A stretch of 64,000 bases of DNA from Adineta vaga (Eukaryota > Animalia > Rotifera): contig CP075494.1 in assembly GCA_021613535.1 (NCBI GenBank), positions 13,206,001-13,270,000 on the forward strand, given 5' to 3'. The notes under the pieces are model-generated. The model saw only the letters and a list, made by a program, of their open reading frames with translations. It ran no database searches and had not been told where the DNA came from. The position numbers and the translations under genes were made by a program. Positions 13,653 through 26,456 of this stretch are shown here, one piece after another. The stretch's first letter is position 1. Each line of letters starts with the position of its first letter.

Positions 13653-14777
13653 ATGTGGCAAAAACCTACAATTCTAACTATTATCATATGTGCTTTTCTT
13701 TATTCAATCAATTATATTTTGTTTTCATTCAAAAATGTTCCACTGATCTTTATTACTCGATCATATTCTGATGATACAATAAATATTGGTTTTAGTCTCT
13801 TTGAATTCGAACAAGCAAAATTAAATGAAATTGAACTTGAACAAAAATATACTCTTACTGCAATTTTATGGCATCAAAAGAAGTTATCTAAGGTTACGAA
13901 GTTGGTTAAGTACTTATTCGATTCACACTTGTTCAAAGAAATTATCATTTGGAATAACAATTTACATATAAATTTAAGTCTTCATCAAATTACGAGTGAT
14001 GCTCATGTGATAAAATCGATTCGTATTATTAATTCCAAAGAAAATTGGACATATACAATGAAATATTATGCTTGTTTGCATGCAAATACCACTGGATGTT
14101 ATTTCATCGACGATAGTTGGGATCGACCTTATTATATTAAAAGTCTTATTGCTATTTTTCGTTCAAATCCACACGATTTACATTTAATAACAAATTCATA
14201 TATATCTTATGCAAGTATATTATTGCGTAATTATACTCAACAATATGTTGAATTCCTACAAAACGATGGAAATATATTATATCCATTCTGCATGAATAAC
14301 ATCCATTCTGTTCGTATACAAAAGAATTATTCATTGAATTGTATAAGATCTCCCAGTTTTGATGATAAATTTATATTCTTTACGAATATGCAGCAGCTCT
14401 CATCTTACCAAACATGGAATGCTGTGGATAATAATCTTTCAACGTGTTGGCAAACAAATCCTCTAATACAATCCAGTGACTTTTTTGCCATTGATTTCTT
14501 ACGTCCTCAAACAAATATAAAATTTCTACTTACTATCCTGCACATTCATCAATTCCATGAAAATCTAGAGTTGAGTATTTCATTCGATGGTAACTGGTGG
14601 ATTCCCTATCGATCCTTGAATGGGAAAAGTCGACTTCTTAAACATACTTATCTATTTGATACAGTACAGTTTAATCAAGGTTTTAAATCGTTTCGTTACA
14701 TGAAGTTTCAAATTATCAACAATAGTTCCCATCAATTTCTTCACATATGTGACATTCAAATAGTTAATTTCGATTAA
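13653..14777 (+). CDS. Intronless type-II membrane protein with a GT-A glycosyltransferase-like domain and a discoidin/galactose-binding-like C-terminus
   Basis: ORF 13482-14777, probable start MWQKPT followed by a signal anchor. Motifs KEIIIWNNN, YYAC...CYFIDDSW (DxD-like) and NAVDNNLSTCWQT. Confidence 0.55.
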   Translation: MWQKPTILTIIICAFLYSINYILFSFKNVPLIFITRSYSDDTINIGFSLFEFEQAKLNEIELEQKYTLTAILWHQKKLSKVTKLVKYLFDSHLFKEIIIWNNNLHINLSLHQITSDAHVIKSIRIINSKENWTYTMKYYACLHANTTGCYFIDDSWDRPYYIKSLIAIFRSNPHDLHLITNSYISYASILLRNYTQQYVEFLQNDGNILYPFCMNNIHSVRIQKNYSLNCIRSPSFDDKFIFFTNMQQLSSYQTWNAVDNNLSTCWQTNPLIQSSDFFAIDFLRPQTNIKFLLTILHIHQFHENLELSISFDGNWWIPYRSLNGKSRLLKHTYLFDTVQFNQGFKSFRYMKFQIINNSSHQFLHICDIQIVNFD

Positions 14778-15117
14778 ATTGATTATCTATAACGATGTCT
14801 ATATAACAATATTTATTTTGTTCATCTCATTACAAGATAACAGGAAAGAAGCATTAATGAATAATCTTACGAAAAAAAAGCAAGCAAATATGAGTATAGA
14901 TATCTCATTTATCCTCGTTCATGCAAAGAAAAAAACGAACCACATTAAACAAACAAACAAACAAACAAAAAAGTTCCTTATCTTTTGTTAACTTTTTACA
15001 AAACACTCAAAAAAAAAAGAAGAAAAATTGACTGTGACTAGAACGAGTATATTTTTTTTAACATCTTTTCATATATTAAAGGAACAACAAAGCATTATAT
15101 ACACATACGGAACAATT

Positions 15118-18100
15118 CTATTCCAAAGAACGTTTCGGTGTTGGCATACAAAATATTGGTACTTTACGATTTTTCCATATTTGAGGATCAATGGCTTGCG
15201 GAGTGAAAATAACATGTTGAGAAGAAGAATAATATTGAGTATTTTCATAGAGAAGTTCAAGAGATGAGTTGCGTTTTTCATTATCCTAAAAATCGAATGT
15301 TAAATTTCAATTTTGATTTATGAAATCATTTTACCATATAAATATCAATTTCATCGAGTAATCGAAATGGTTGATAAATTGATCCCCAAAGAGCAACTAG
15401 AAACGAAAATGTCGATATCGATCGTTCACCACCTGATAGTGAAGCAACACTTCGTTGATTCTTCTTTATCTAATTAAATCATACAAATCATAGAATTAAT
15501 TTTATCAATTGGATAACTTACAATGATTTCAAGTTCTTCTCGTTTATGATCAATTTTAATATCACAATCATCGAAATGATGTTTTTGCATCAGATCTTTG
15601 AACTTATGTCGAAGTAAATATTGATGTTGATCAGCTATTCGACCAAACCGTTCTTTACGTTTATTTACAAATGTTTCCAGATGCTTCAAATCAAATGTTT
15701 TATCGATTGATATCGGAAAGAAAAAGAAAAAGGATTTACCTTTAGTTGTACTTGAGCTCGATCGCAGATTTTTTTAAAAGCAAGAGCAGAATCTCGTTTG
15801 GTTTGAAATTCTTTGATTATCAGTTGACGTTGTTCTCTCCTAATGGAAAAGAATAAGGAGTTTAAAAAAAAAGAAGACAACAGAAGACTTCACTAACGTA
15901 TCTTCGTTAGATTTGAGAAAATGATTAATCCCATCAAGTTCTTGTTGAATTTCACGAACAGAACGATTAGTTGATTTCGATGATTTGGATTTCTAAAGAA
16001 AAAACAAATCGAATGATTATGTTTGAAGAAGAAGAAGAAATATTTTCTAAAATCGAATATTACTTTGGGAAGATTTTTTGTTAAATTAGTGATTTTTTCT
16101 TCATATCTTTGAATATCTTCATTAAGTTGAACGGATTTCTTTGTCAATCGTGTCAATTGTTGGTGCATTTCTTGACGTGCAGATTGTTGATCAGTTATTC
16201 TCTCATTGATATCATCGATTTCTTTCGTTTTTGAATCTATTTTTTTGATGATATTTTCATATTTTTGCGTTGCTTCATCAAGATCTTGATGTTTTAATTC
16301 TTTCGTCTCTTTTGCTTCGTCAAATTTCTTTTGCGTTTCTCTATAAGTACGACCACATTCATCTAATTTTTCTTTTAATTCATCCAATGTATAATCATAT
16401 ACAATTGGTAAAGTAGAATTTAATTGATCTAATTCCTAGAGAGATAAGTTATGAACAATCAAATATGATAGATAGAAATTGATTTACCTTATTCAAATCG
16501 TTAATCTTTTTTGTATTTTCTGAACTTGATTTTTTCAGATTTTCAAAATCATTAATCGTCTGTTGTCGTTTTGCTCTTAATTCATCGATGGATACATTCA
16601 TTTGCTGAATTTGTTCTTGTAAACGTTTGATTTCAGTATTTAACTCATCATTTGACAATGATTGTGTATTATTCGATGTAAAATATCGAAGTGGCTGTCT
16701 ATCATTCGTATAGATTCGAAAAGCTTTATCTAATTTGATATTTGAACCATCATACGTCCATGCTTCAACAACTTGTTTGACTTTCTTATTAACAGATTCC
16801 CAACGTAGCACGCCACTTTGTCGAATTTGTTTTGCATGATCTAAGTTTTCTAATAAGATCGTTGCTTCAATTTGTCTCAAATCGATTAGAGCACATTCAA
16901 CGACGACATTATCGATTTTTAAAACTTGATAAATTGAAAGAAGATTAGCACGACGAATTCGATTCAATGTACCAGATATATCGGGAGCTTGTTCACAATA
17001 TTTCATACAAACAATATGTGGACGATAACCAGTTGAATAAGTTGTAAATAATTCCAATAGAATCTTTTCATCATGACTATCCGAACAAATAAATGTTGAC
17101 ATTATTCCTGCTAAATGTTTTTCCACTGCATAAGACCAACGTGGTTCAATACAACGTATATATCGACCAATAGGTCCAATAGGTTTCTTATGAAATCTAT
17201 TATCATTTTGTATAGCTTTCAAACATTCCGACATCCATGTACCATATACACTTGTTTTATCAGTTTCAAGTTTCTTTAATTCATCAAGTTCTTGATTCTT
17301 TTGTTTAAGTTCACCTTGAATACAGTCAATGGTTGATTGTTTATTACGAATTGTTTCATTGATACTACTGATATCATTAGTATACGTTGTCATAAGTGTA
17401 TTCGAATGTAATTGTTGTTGTTGACGATTTTGAATTTCATTTTCAAGTTTTTGACGTCCTTCTTCACTATGATTTGATTCTTGACTAAGATTTCGATATT
17501 CGTCCTAGAAATGAGAATTGAGATAAACTTTTTGCGAATGAAATTTGACTTACGATATGTTTCTTCAAACGAATTTGTTCTTGTTCGATTTCATTTAATG
17601 TTTGATGATGTTTTCCACATTCGTGAGATAATCGATAGATCAAAAATTCAATTTCTTTTTTATCTTTGGTAAATTGATAATTTAATTCACGTAAACCATT
17701 CGAACAGGTTAAATCTTTTTCCACATCTTGTTTGTCATTTGAAAGATCAATTATTTTCTTTTCAATTTCATTCATTCGATTCTAAAAAGTCAATCAAATG
17801 TTATCTTATCAATCAAAAACAAACATATCTATTACTATTGTTTCACTCATTCTCTTTTCATTTTCATCTTTACTCTTTTGCGTTTGATCTAATTCAGTTT
17901 TTATAGTCAGTAATTCCTAAAATTGATAATTTGTTATTTCATGTAGTTTTTCTTTTGAATAGTTTTACTTGATGTGCTTGATTACCATGTGCTAAAATCA
18001 ATTCAGCTTCTAACTGATGTTTTTTCTCTTCTTGAGTACGTCGAACATCAATCTTTTTCACTTGTTGTTCTATTGGTTCCATTGCTCGAATCATATCAGT

Positions 18101-19045
18101 ATGTTTCTAAAATATTCGCTTTTAAATAATGATCCTATCAAATTGAAAATCTCACCTCTTTCATCGCATTTATTCGTTGAGAAATTGATTGCACAGTACA
18201 CACAGCTTCTTCATAAGCGTGTTTAATTTGATCTAATTGAGATACTTTCATATAGAACTAGAAAACATAAAATTTAACGTTATCAAAAAAAGAAAAGAGA
18301 GAATATCTGATATTGAATTTACTTGATATTTCTTTCGAGCATCACTGTTTAATAGAAATGTCTTAGCAATTTCTTGATGTAGAACACATAATGGATTTTC
18401 AGGTGAAATTGATAATGCTTGAATTATTTCAGCGATTGTTTCTTTAGATGTACTTATTATTTTACGATTAGTACCTAAAAATCTAATATAATTCATGAAT
18501 AATATACAAAATATAGACTCACTTAAAACTTTATAAGCTGATTTTTGAGCGAAAATTTTTCGTACAATTTGAATTTCATTTCCATAAAGATCAGGCTTAT
18601 ATGCTTCTGCGCCTTCATTAGCTAATGTAATTATTAATTCAGCAGAACTAAATTGATTGTCAAATAATAATGATAATAAGAATTAGAACATTGTTACTAA
18701 CCTTTCTCCTTTTCGAATAAATGATTGAACATTTGTTGTACGACCAGTTGTTCTTGCTTGAGCACCCAAACAAAGACAAATTGCATTTGCTATTGTTGAT
18801 TTACCTGAACCATTGGCACCGGTGACAATCTGCATCGAAGTTGGATGAAATTGAATGGAAAAATTTTTATGACACATAAAATTGAGCATTTGAAGTTCTT
18901 TAATCTGACCAATTGTATATGGTTGATTGTCTTTGGTCATAATGACTGTTTTCTTCTTCTTTGTTACAGATGATATCGTGGATACAATCTGATTATTATT
19001 CATATCGGACTTGGATTGGAAAGGTCGTTTTATGTTATTCGTCAT
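15118..19045 (-). CDS. SMC6: Structural maintenance of chromosomes protein 6 (multi-exon)
   Basis: NFMCH, Walker [19 protein letters not shown], coiled coils, hinge KPIGPIG...W..AVE, signature LSGGERS, Walker [11 protein letters not shown]. Confidence 0.9.
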
Positions 19046-20247
19046 CTGAAGAAAAGATCGTATCCATCAATCATAGTATGCATAAAAAACGTCCTTCATT
19101 TGATGCTCATTTCTTTCCGACTTACTCGTGCTACTGAGACACATAGCCATGTATAATTAAGATGACGCGCGCATTTGAGACACGATCGAACAAAAGAGAT
19201 ATTATTATAGTCGCTCAGTATTACATTGAAATATAGATGAGATAAAAAAGGACTCAATCTCTGTATATAAGTTTATTTTAAGAATCAACATAGACCTTAT
19301 CAGAACACCTGGCATATCTAAGCACTAAAAATAAATACAACCTCACTAGAGTACTCATTCAATGTTTTACGATAATATGATCTCGATCATAAGAATTTTA
19401 CTGTGAATATAGATAACTGAATTGATAAATGAAACAAAATAAACTCATTGAGGTTTAGAAAATTGTAAATATTAATTTTATTGACATGTGATACATCGAA
19501 ATGATGTCATAGCTGCAAAAGACATTTTAGTGAAATACACTTATTTGAAAAATAGTTTGTAAAAATAAGAAATACCCTAAATAAAACTAAAATAATCCGT
19601 TGTCAAAAAGAGCGTATGTATAGTAATTCCCCGAAAGTATGTTGATTGGCTTATTGCAGTATCTAATTCTGACAAAGCAATGGTACAGATGGCGATAGCA
19701 GAATGATTGTATAAATAAAATTTCGTTCGCTCGATGAGTACATTCTTCAATCATGCAGTAAACGAATATGAGCACAGCGCTTCTCTGCGGATGCATTCTC
19801 AACTACTTTTTCAATCTCTGACATTTCATATGTGATCAGAGCTTCAATGATTCGAACGATTTTGAATGATCAAGACTGTTGGCAATATTTCGAGTACATT
19901 TTTATTGTTATTCAACAAGAGCAAAAGATGAATTTGACTGAGACTGTAGCTGAACCAGCTGACGAATCTCACACACAAAGTTAAGTGTCAGAAAAAAATG
20001 ATAGAATAAGCATTCCTATATCTTACCTGTGATTTTCGCACGAACGGTTGAATGATATGTATAAATAGAAAAAAAATATGACCAATGCACTTCCTGACAT
20101 CTATGACTTGTCAATCACTCATTGGATAGTATGTGCATAATTGACGCGAACAACTGAACAATGTCTTTGTTCTGAAATCAGAAACGATTTATCTCGATTA
20201 ACACCATCATCGTGTTGTTTCTTTTCTCATAAACTTCTTTTCTTACC

Positions 20248-22559
20248 ATGTTTTCATCTATCAATCGTACTGTGTTCGATATTCCTTTGACATGGGATCG
20301 AACTCGTTTTGAAGCCGCACGTAATAAATGTCGACAAGCTCGAAAATTAATTGAAGCTAGTGCTAATGGTAAGAATGACTTTTTGATAGTAGAAATTTAT
20401 CTTCATTTATCTAGCTCAATTCAATAAACAACTTCGAGATGTTTTCTATGAAAAATTGGACATCGAAAAAAATATTCTGGAAAGTCAACAACGTTTAATT
20501 AATCAAGAGAAAAAGGATCGTGCACTTGATAATTTAACTGAAGTAGCATCACAATCTTTACCTGATTATTTTGATAAGGTAATATACATTTCCTATCGTA
20601 TTTTGATTCCAATTGAAATGGATTTTTTGACTTATAGCGAATGGAAAATGCTCGTGCAGCAATACAAGAACATTGTAATGCTATTCGACAAATTCTTCGA
20701 GAAGAAAATGATCATTGGCAAGAAATTCATACTGCTATTGATCAGTATGTTTGAAGACATTTTCTGAACAATTTCGAGATTCTTCTTTATTCATAGAAAT
20801 TTGATTACTTTGGATGATATTCATCCACCGAAGAATACAGATCAAGAAACTCCATTAGCAAATATTCATACGATTGATGAAGCTGATGAAGAAGAACAAA
20901 CATCACAATTATTAGTAAATACTTGTTATTTTTCTCTCTACAAAAAGCTAAGCAATCTTATTGTATTTCTTATAGAATAACAAAACGGTTACACCACTTT
21001 TAACTCAAATGATTCGAAGTATGTAATTGATTGATTGATTTTTTTTCTTTTGTAATTTCTATTCTGTAAAGAATCTCGATTATTATCAAATCGTTCTTCG
21101 ATAAGACAATCAAATGTTCCTTCATCAACAAAAAATTTAATTCGAAGCAAAGAAGAACGATTCAGTGTTATACTTCCTTTAACTTCTGCTCGTCGAACAC
21201 TACCAGTTGTTGATACAACATTTGTTGTTAAACTTGAAGAATCAAAATCTACTGAACCAAATCAATCCTATCAAGCCGAAAGTGAAACTGAACCTGAACC
21301 TGAACCTGAATCTGTTCCTATTACAACAATCATTCCAATTGAATCTGTAGCAATGACTACTGTAACTCCAATTGAATCCGTGCCTACAACTGAAATAGAA
21401 ACAACACAAAGCTATTCTCAACCAAAACTACCAGCTCGATTATATTTCTCACCAACACTTCTCTTGGATGATGGTGATTCAGAACCTATTCAACCTGTAC
21501 TTTCAACTGTTGATCAAAATCAAACAAGTAAAACATAAACTTCTGTAGTATAACATAAGACATGATTCTTTTATATAGTCAATATTAAACCAAAGATTAT
21601 ACCTCGTCGATTCGGTCAAACATTCTTACTTGATAATGTCAAAACCGAAGAAATCGATGAAAGTCAAGATGCCGAAAATATACGACCAAAAATTTCGGAT
21701 GAAATACCTTTTCTTATTCATCCAGATCCAACAATGTTAATGGAAAAACAAACTTTAGATGAATTGAATCATTCTGAATTAGAACTTGTTGATGTTCAGT
21801 AATAAAACTTCATTTTGTATTCGTCTATTCTTATGTTAACAAATGCTTTTTCTTTATAGAAAATCAATGGTGTATTCAAAACGACAAACATCTACTGTTG
21901 TTGAATCAAAGATTGAACAAGAATCTATTCATAAGACACGACGTACAGCAAGAAAACAAAAACCAATCGTCGAAATCGAGATAACTAAACGTCAAACTCG
22001 AAAACGTAAACAATCAACAGCTGATCTTGACGAAGGAAATACGAATACCGTTGTTTTACCAAAGAGAAAACCTGGCCGACCTGCTACAAAAAGTACGACA
22101 AGAAAACCGAGAGCAAAAAAGGCAAAGGGTTCGTTTTCATCGATATTATTTAATTCAAAATCATATTATCATTCATTTTTAGAAATACCTATACGTGAAC
22201 CATCTCCATTACCGGTTTTTGATCGCTCGAAACATTATTCTACACGTTTTTCAACACGTAATAGAGAAGAAGAAAAAAAACTTTCACACCTATATTGAAG
22301 ATGTAAATGATGTTTTCTTCTAGGTTCTCATCGATTGAACAATCATACTTTATCAACAACAACAATGTTGAGTGAAGATGATACTAATAACAACAAATCA
22401 AAACAGACCGCAAAGCGAACGCGTGTCAAATCTACAAAACAAGTTCGTCAACATAATGATGATAATCCAATTGTTAAAACAGCTCGTACAAAGAAAGTTA
22501 AAGATCAAACAAAAACACGTGCTAAATCAATGATTGGTACACGAAGTCGAAAGAAATAG
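20248..22559 (+). CDS. Uncharacterised multi-exon protein: helical N-terminus, acidic/Thr-rich middle, Lys/Arg-rich C-terminus
   Basis: Chain of open exons separated by ~50-nt GT-AG introns starting MFSSINRTVFDIPLTWD. AT-hook-like KRKPGRP. No family recognised. Confidence 0.65.
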
Positions 22560-22862
22560 ATATCATAGAAATAGATATATATTTGTATATTTTTTAATTT
22601 GTAAATAACATAAGTAGTTTTGTGTATTGTGTATGAACTAAAAGTTGTATTAAATCTTACGAATAAATAAGTGTTATTGAACCTCATTTTACTAGTATTG
22701 AAAGATCTTATTTGTATTATCGTGCACATAAATAAAAAGAAATTAGTTTTAAAAATGAGATTAGCAGGTCATATATTAAAATTTACATATGTTATGTCAA
22801 TTGTTCATTCATTTCATATATATTTGTATTGATACAATATGCTTTTTCAAAGCTATTTACAA

Positions 22863-23597
22863 TTAAAATAGAAAAACAACAACTATAAAACATAATATAA
22901 TTGACGTATTTAATTGTTTCGATGTAGTATTAGAAAAAGGCGAATTAAGCAATGATTTCTTCAATATAGAATTATTATCAACTTTAGATTCTAATTTTCC
23001 ATCATAATATACTCTTCTTGATTCAAAAGTATTAACATCAATCTTTTGTGCAACAGTAACATATGCATTCGCTTGTCCTTGTCCACTGATATCAAAATAA
23101 GCGGTACCTTTGACAAATCCACGGATAAATAACTGCGATGAATCAGAAACATTAACATAAAGTATCGAATTAATTTCTACAGTGATATGTGCTATACTAC
23201 TGTCATATAATATGAGTGAGAATGTATCTATTATTAATGAATTGATTGTCGTTAATTTTGCAGTACCACGTAAAATAATTGATGATGGACGTGTATGTAA
23301 ACGTAAGTAAACATTGATTTTTGGAAAATGAATGTTGTCATTTGTGGAATAAATGTGAAGGTTAGGTGGTTGACTGATTTCCAAACCTTGATCAAGAATC
23401 CACTGCTCGGTTTCAATTTCAATAGTTGATGTATTACTATTCGAATCGATAAATTCTATTTTAAAATTAATTGCACCACCACCTACAAATGATATAATAT
23501 TATCAGTAAGATTAAAGTTCAAACGACGAATTGTTCGATCAGTAATTAGAGCGAATGTTGTCGAGAGAAATACAAGAAGAATTTTAATATCAACCAT
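22863..23597 (-). CDS. DUF2807/GIN-like beta-solenoid surface protein, copy A (signal peptide, likely GPI signal)
   Basis: Intronless. Hydrophobic N- and C-termini. SDSS/SGQG turn repeats. Paralogous to the two neighbours via GGGAI and PPxLxIYS. Confidence 0.7.
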   Translation of the reverse strand: MVDIKILLVFLSTTFALITDRTIRRLNFNLTDNIISFVGGGAINFKIEFIDSNSNTSTIEIETEQWILDQGLEISQPPNLHIYSTNDNIHFPKINVYLRLHTRPSSIILRGTAKLTTINSLIIDTFSLILYDSSIAHITVEINSILYVNVSDSSQLFIRGFVKGTAYFDISGQGQANAYVTVAQKIDVNTFESRRVYYDGKLESKVDNNSILKKSLLNSPFSNTTSKQLNTSIILCFIVVVFLF

Positions 23598-23900
23598 CGT
23601 ATTTTGAATTGTTATCGAATAGTAAGAAAGTAAATATGAAGAAAATGATCAAACTAGGACATTTTTATTCTTCTATTTATAAATATTTAACCAATTCAAA
23701 TAGAGAATATTCGTATAGATATCACTATATATCTTAGTTTGTTTTTCTATCCATTTGTTCTATGTAGAAAGATACTAATCAATAATTGAAGAATAGTTTA
23801 TAACGCAGATTATTAGTAAATAAATGTATAATTTCGACTTGTGTCCTATTTCATCAATATATTTCAATTAATACAATATACTTTTCAAAATTATTTACAA

Positions 23901-24701
23901 TTAAAGTAGAAAAATGACACCTATAAAATAAAATAATACAATGTAGATTATTAATGAATGAGATGGTTTTGATGCAGTATTAGAAAAAAATGATTGAAGT
24001 TTTGACTGTAGCCAGCTAAATATTCCGTCGAATGAGTTTGTTTTTGATCCTTTTTGATATACTGATCCTGATTCGGAAATCTGAATGACTGAACCGCGCA
24101 CAGCATCGACATATGCAACACCTGTACCTGATACATCAGCAACAACGAAATGCATTGGACACGCATTCGCATCTACTTCTCCTGCACCACTAATTTGAAT
24201 GGTGCCAGTATCATTTACAAAACCAGTAATAACTAATTTAGCTTCACCAGAGACAAAAACATTTAGTTTAGAATTGATTTCAACAGCAACTTGTGCTTTA
24301 CTTCTACCAGATAATTGAATTGAAAATGTACCAGTTTTGATTGAATTTGTTGTATTTAATGTTGTTGTTCCATTTAACCAAATTATAGATGGAACTGTAC
24401 GTAAACGTAAGTAGGCCTTTATTCTTGGAAGAGACTGAGTATTATATTTAGAATAAATACGTAGATAAGGTGGTCCACTCATTTCCAAATTATAATCATG
24501 AATCGGCTGCATTGTTTCAACGACAAGAGTTGACCGTTCACTATTTGATTCGATAGATTCTAATTGAAAATCAAATATACCACCACCTTCAAATGAAATA
24601 ATATCACCATCAAGTACAGAATTTGAACGATAAATTGGTCGATAAGTATTGGCAACATGTATTATCAATATAAATATAAGGAGAAGTTTAGTATCATTCA
24701 T
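23901..24701 (-). CDS. DUF2807/GIN-like beta-solenoid surface protein, copy B
   Basis: Probable start MNDTK. Repeats LSGRSKA, VSGEAKL, ISGAGEVDA, VSGTGVA, ISESGSVY. C-terminal SNT + hydrophobic tail. Confidence 0.78.
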   Translation of the reverse strand: MNDTKLLLIFILIIHVANTYRPIYRSNSVLDGDIISFEGGGIFDFQLESIESNSERSTLVVETMQPIHDYNLEMSGPPYLRIYSKYNTQSLPRIKAYLRLRTVPSIIWLNGTTTLNTTNSIKTGTFSIQLSGRSKAQVAVEINSKLNVFVSGEAKLVITGFVNDTGTIQISGAGEVDANACPMHFVVADVSGTGVAYVDAVRGSVIQISESGSVYQKGSKTNSFDGIFSWLQSKLQSFFSNTASKPSHSLIIYIVLFYFIGVIFLL

Positions 24702-25077
24702 AATATTAGGTATAGGCACTAAACAATAAAACAAGATAAATATAAAGAATACGATTAAGAACGAAGGTATTTATTCTCTTCAGTTAGACAAAGATGACGA
24801 ATTTAGTTTGTTTTGGAAGAAAGAACAGATTTGACATTCACACATAGTTGTTTAGTAGACAAATCAGCGTTTATATTTGACTATTATTTCTATTCGACCA
24901 GTATGTGAAATGGTAATGTTTTCAATATATTACTTGTAAATTTGTTAAATATTTTAGCTAATCGATAGAACGCTTTGAAATAAAAATCAGCTACATGCTG
25001 GAAACAAAATTACATTCGATTACGTTGTAGTTCAATTTCAATCTTTTATTTATTTCATCTATGTAGTCAAACAATGA

Positions 25078-25932
25078 TTATTTCTTCGAACAAATATTTA
25101 CAATTTTAATAAGAAAAACAACAATTATTAAAATCAATATAAAAACACAAATCATTAATATTTTCAACGTTTTTGACACGGTATGACTAGAACCAAATGG
25201 CGATCTGAATAGATTTTTGAAAAAAGGAATTAATTGTTTTAACCATGACAGACCATTTTGCGTTCGTTTTCGTAATGGTCCATGATAAACCACACTTCCA
25301 GTTCCCAATGTATTTATGTCAATTGCTTGTCTGGCAGCGACGTTTGCAGAACTACTTCCTACTACATTAACAATAACCGTATCCATTGAACATAATTGGG
25401 CATCTACGTGTCCTGATCCGTAAACATCAATATAACCTGTATCTTTGACAAAACCACTAAGATGTAAACTTGATGAGCCCAAAACAATAACATGAAGTTG
25501 AGTATCGACATTAACAGCTAGTTGTGCACTACTGCTGCCTAATAGTTTTAGTGAAAGTGTATTTGTTGAAAGTACATTGGTTGTAATTAATGTTGCTGAT
25601 TCACCTAGAGTAATTTGAAAAAGTGGTTTATGAAGTCTTAAATAAACAATGATTTTCGCAGCAGGATCGATAAAGTTTTGCGAATAAATACGAAGATGAG
25701 GTGGTCGATCAATTTTTAAGACGTCTTCATATATGATTTGTGTGGATTCGATTTCTACTTTTAATGTCGACATGTCCGAATTAGTAAATGTTAATTCATA
25801 TTGAATTGCACCACCACCTTCGAATGACAAAATATCACCTTCAATTTTATAATATAAACCAGGAATTATGTTTTGTTCGCCAAAAACAAATAGCATCGAA
25901 ATTATGATGACAAAAAGTTTAGTAACAGTCAT
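25078..25932 (-). CDS. DUF2807/GIN-like beta-solenoid surface protein, copy C (C-terminal TM + short basic tail)
   Basis: LGSSSA, LGSSSLHLSG, YGSGHVDA, VGSSSANV, GTGSVVYHGP match the remembered DUF2807 C-terminal pattern GSGxVxYxGxP. Confidence 0.8.
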   Translation of the reverse strand: MTVTKLFVIIISMLFVFGEQNIIPGLYYKIEGDILSFEGGGAIQYELTFTNSDMSTLKVEIESTQIIYEDVLKIDRPPHLRIYSQNFIDPAAKIIVYLRLHKPLFQITLGESATLITTNVLSTNTLSLKLLGSSSAQLAVNVDTQLHVIVLGSSSLHLSGFVKDTGYIDVYGSGHVDAQLCSMDTVIVNVVGSSSANVAARQAIDINTLGTGSVVYHGPLRKRTQNGLSWLKQLIPFFKNLFRSPFGSSHTVSKTLKILMICVFILILIIVVFLIKIVNICSKK

Positions 25933-26456
25933 TCTTTTCTACTATAAGAAAATAAACACGAAGTATATAATCAATTCAGTCGATTTGTTTTCTTTTACTG
26001 ACTGCCGTTTTCTGTTCGGTTTGAATTAAACGGCGTGACAAAGTTGTATATATATATTCGAAGAGAACAGACAAAATCGAATGCAAATGTTCATCTTTAT
26101 TGTAATCATCGAAACAACAGAAGAAAATCGAAAAGAATATGCTTTTTTTCTCAAATGTAACACACAGACAGATATATACATTAAAAAGAACAACAAGAAA
26201 CGAATAATGACATTGAAAGAAGAAAAATATGGAATGATAAACATGAACGGTTGATACACAACAAACATAAAATTAATTCAGAACCTTAAAAAGCTTTTTC
26301 TTGTATTATTATTATTGTTGTATACGGTCTAATTACCGTTTAGTAATAAAGTATATACATAAAAAAAAGAGACAAAAGACACGATCTGAAACTACTTCAA
26401 ATGAATGAAAACAAAGCGATGAAATTGACTAAAGAAGAAAGATTTGTCCGGAATGA

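Noticed and set aside
19560-20000. Slightly GC-richer segment with short ORFs between SMC6 and the next gene
   Set aside because: No recognisable domain or splice chain. It may be a decayed insertion, but that cannot be supported.
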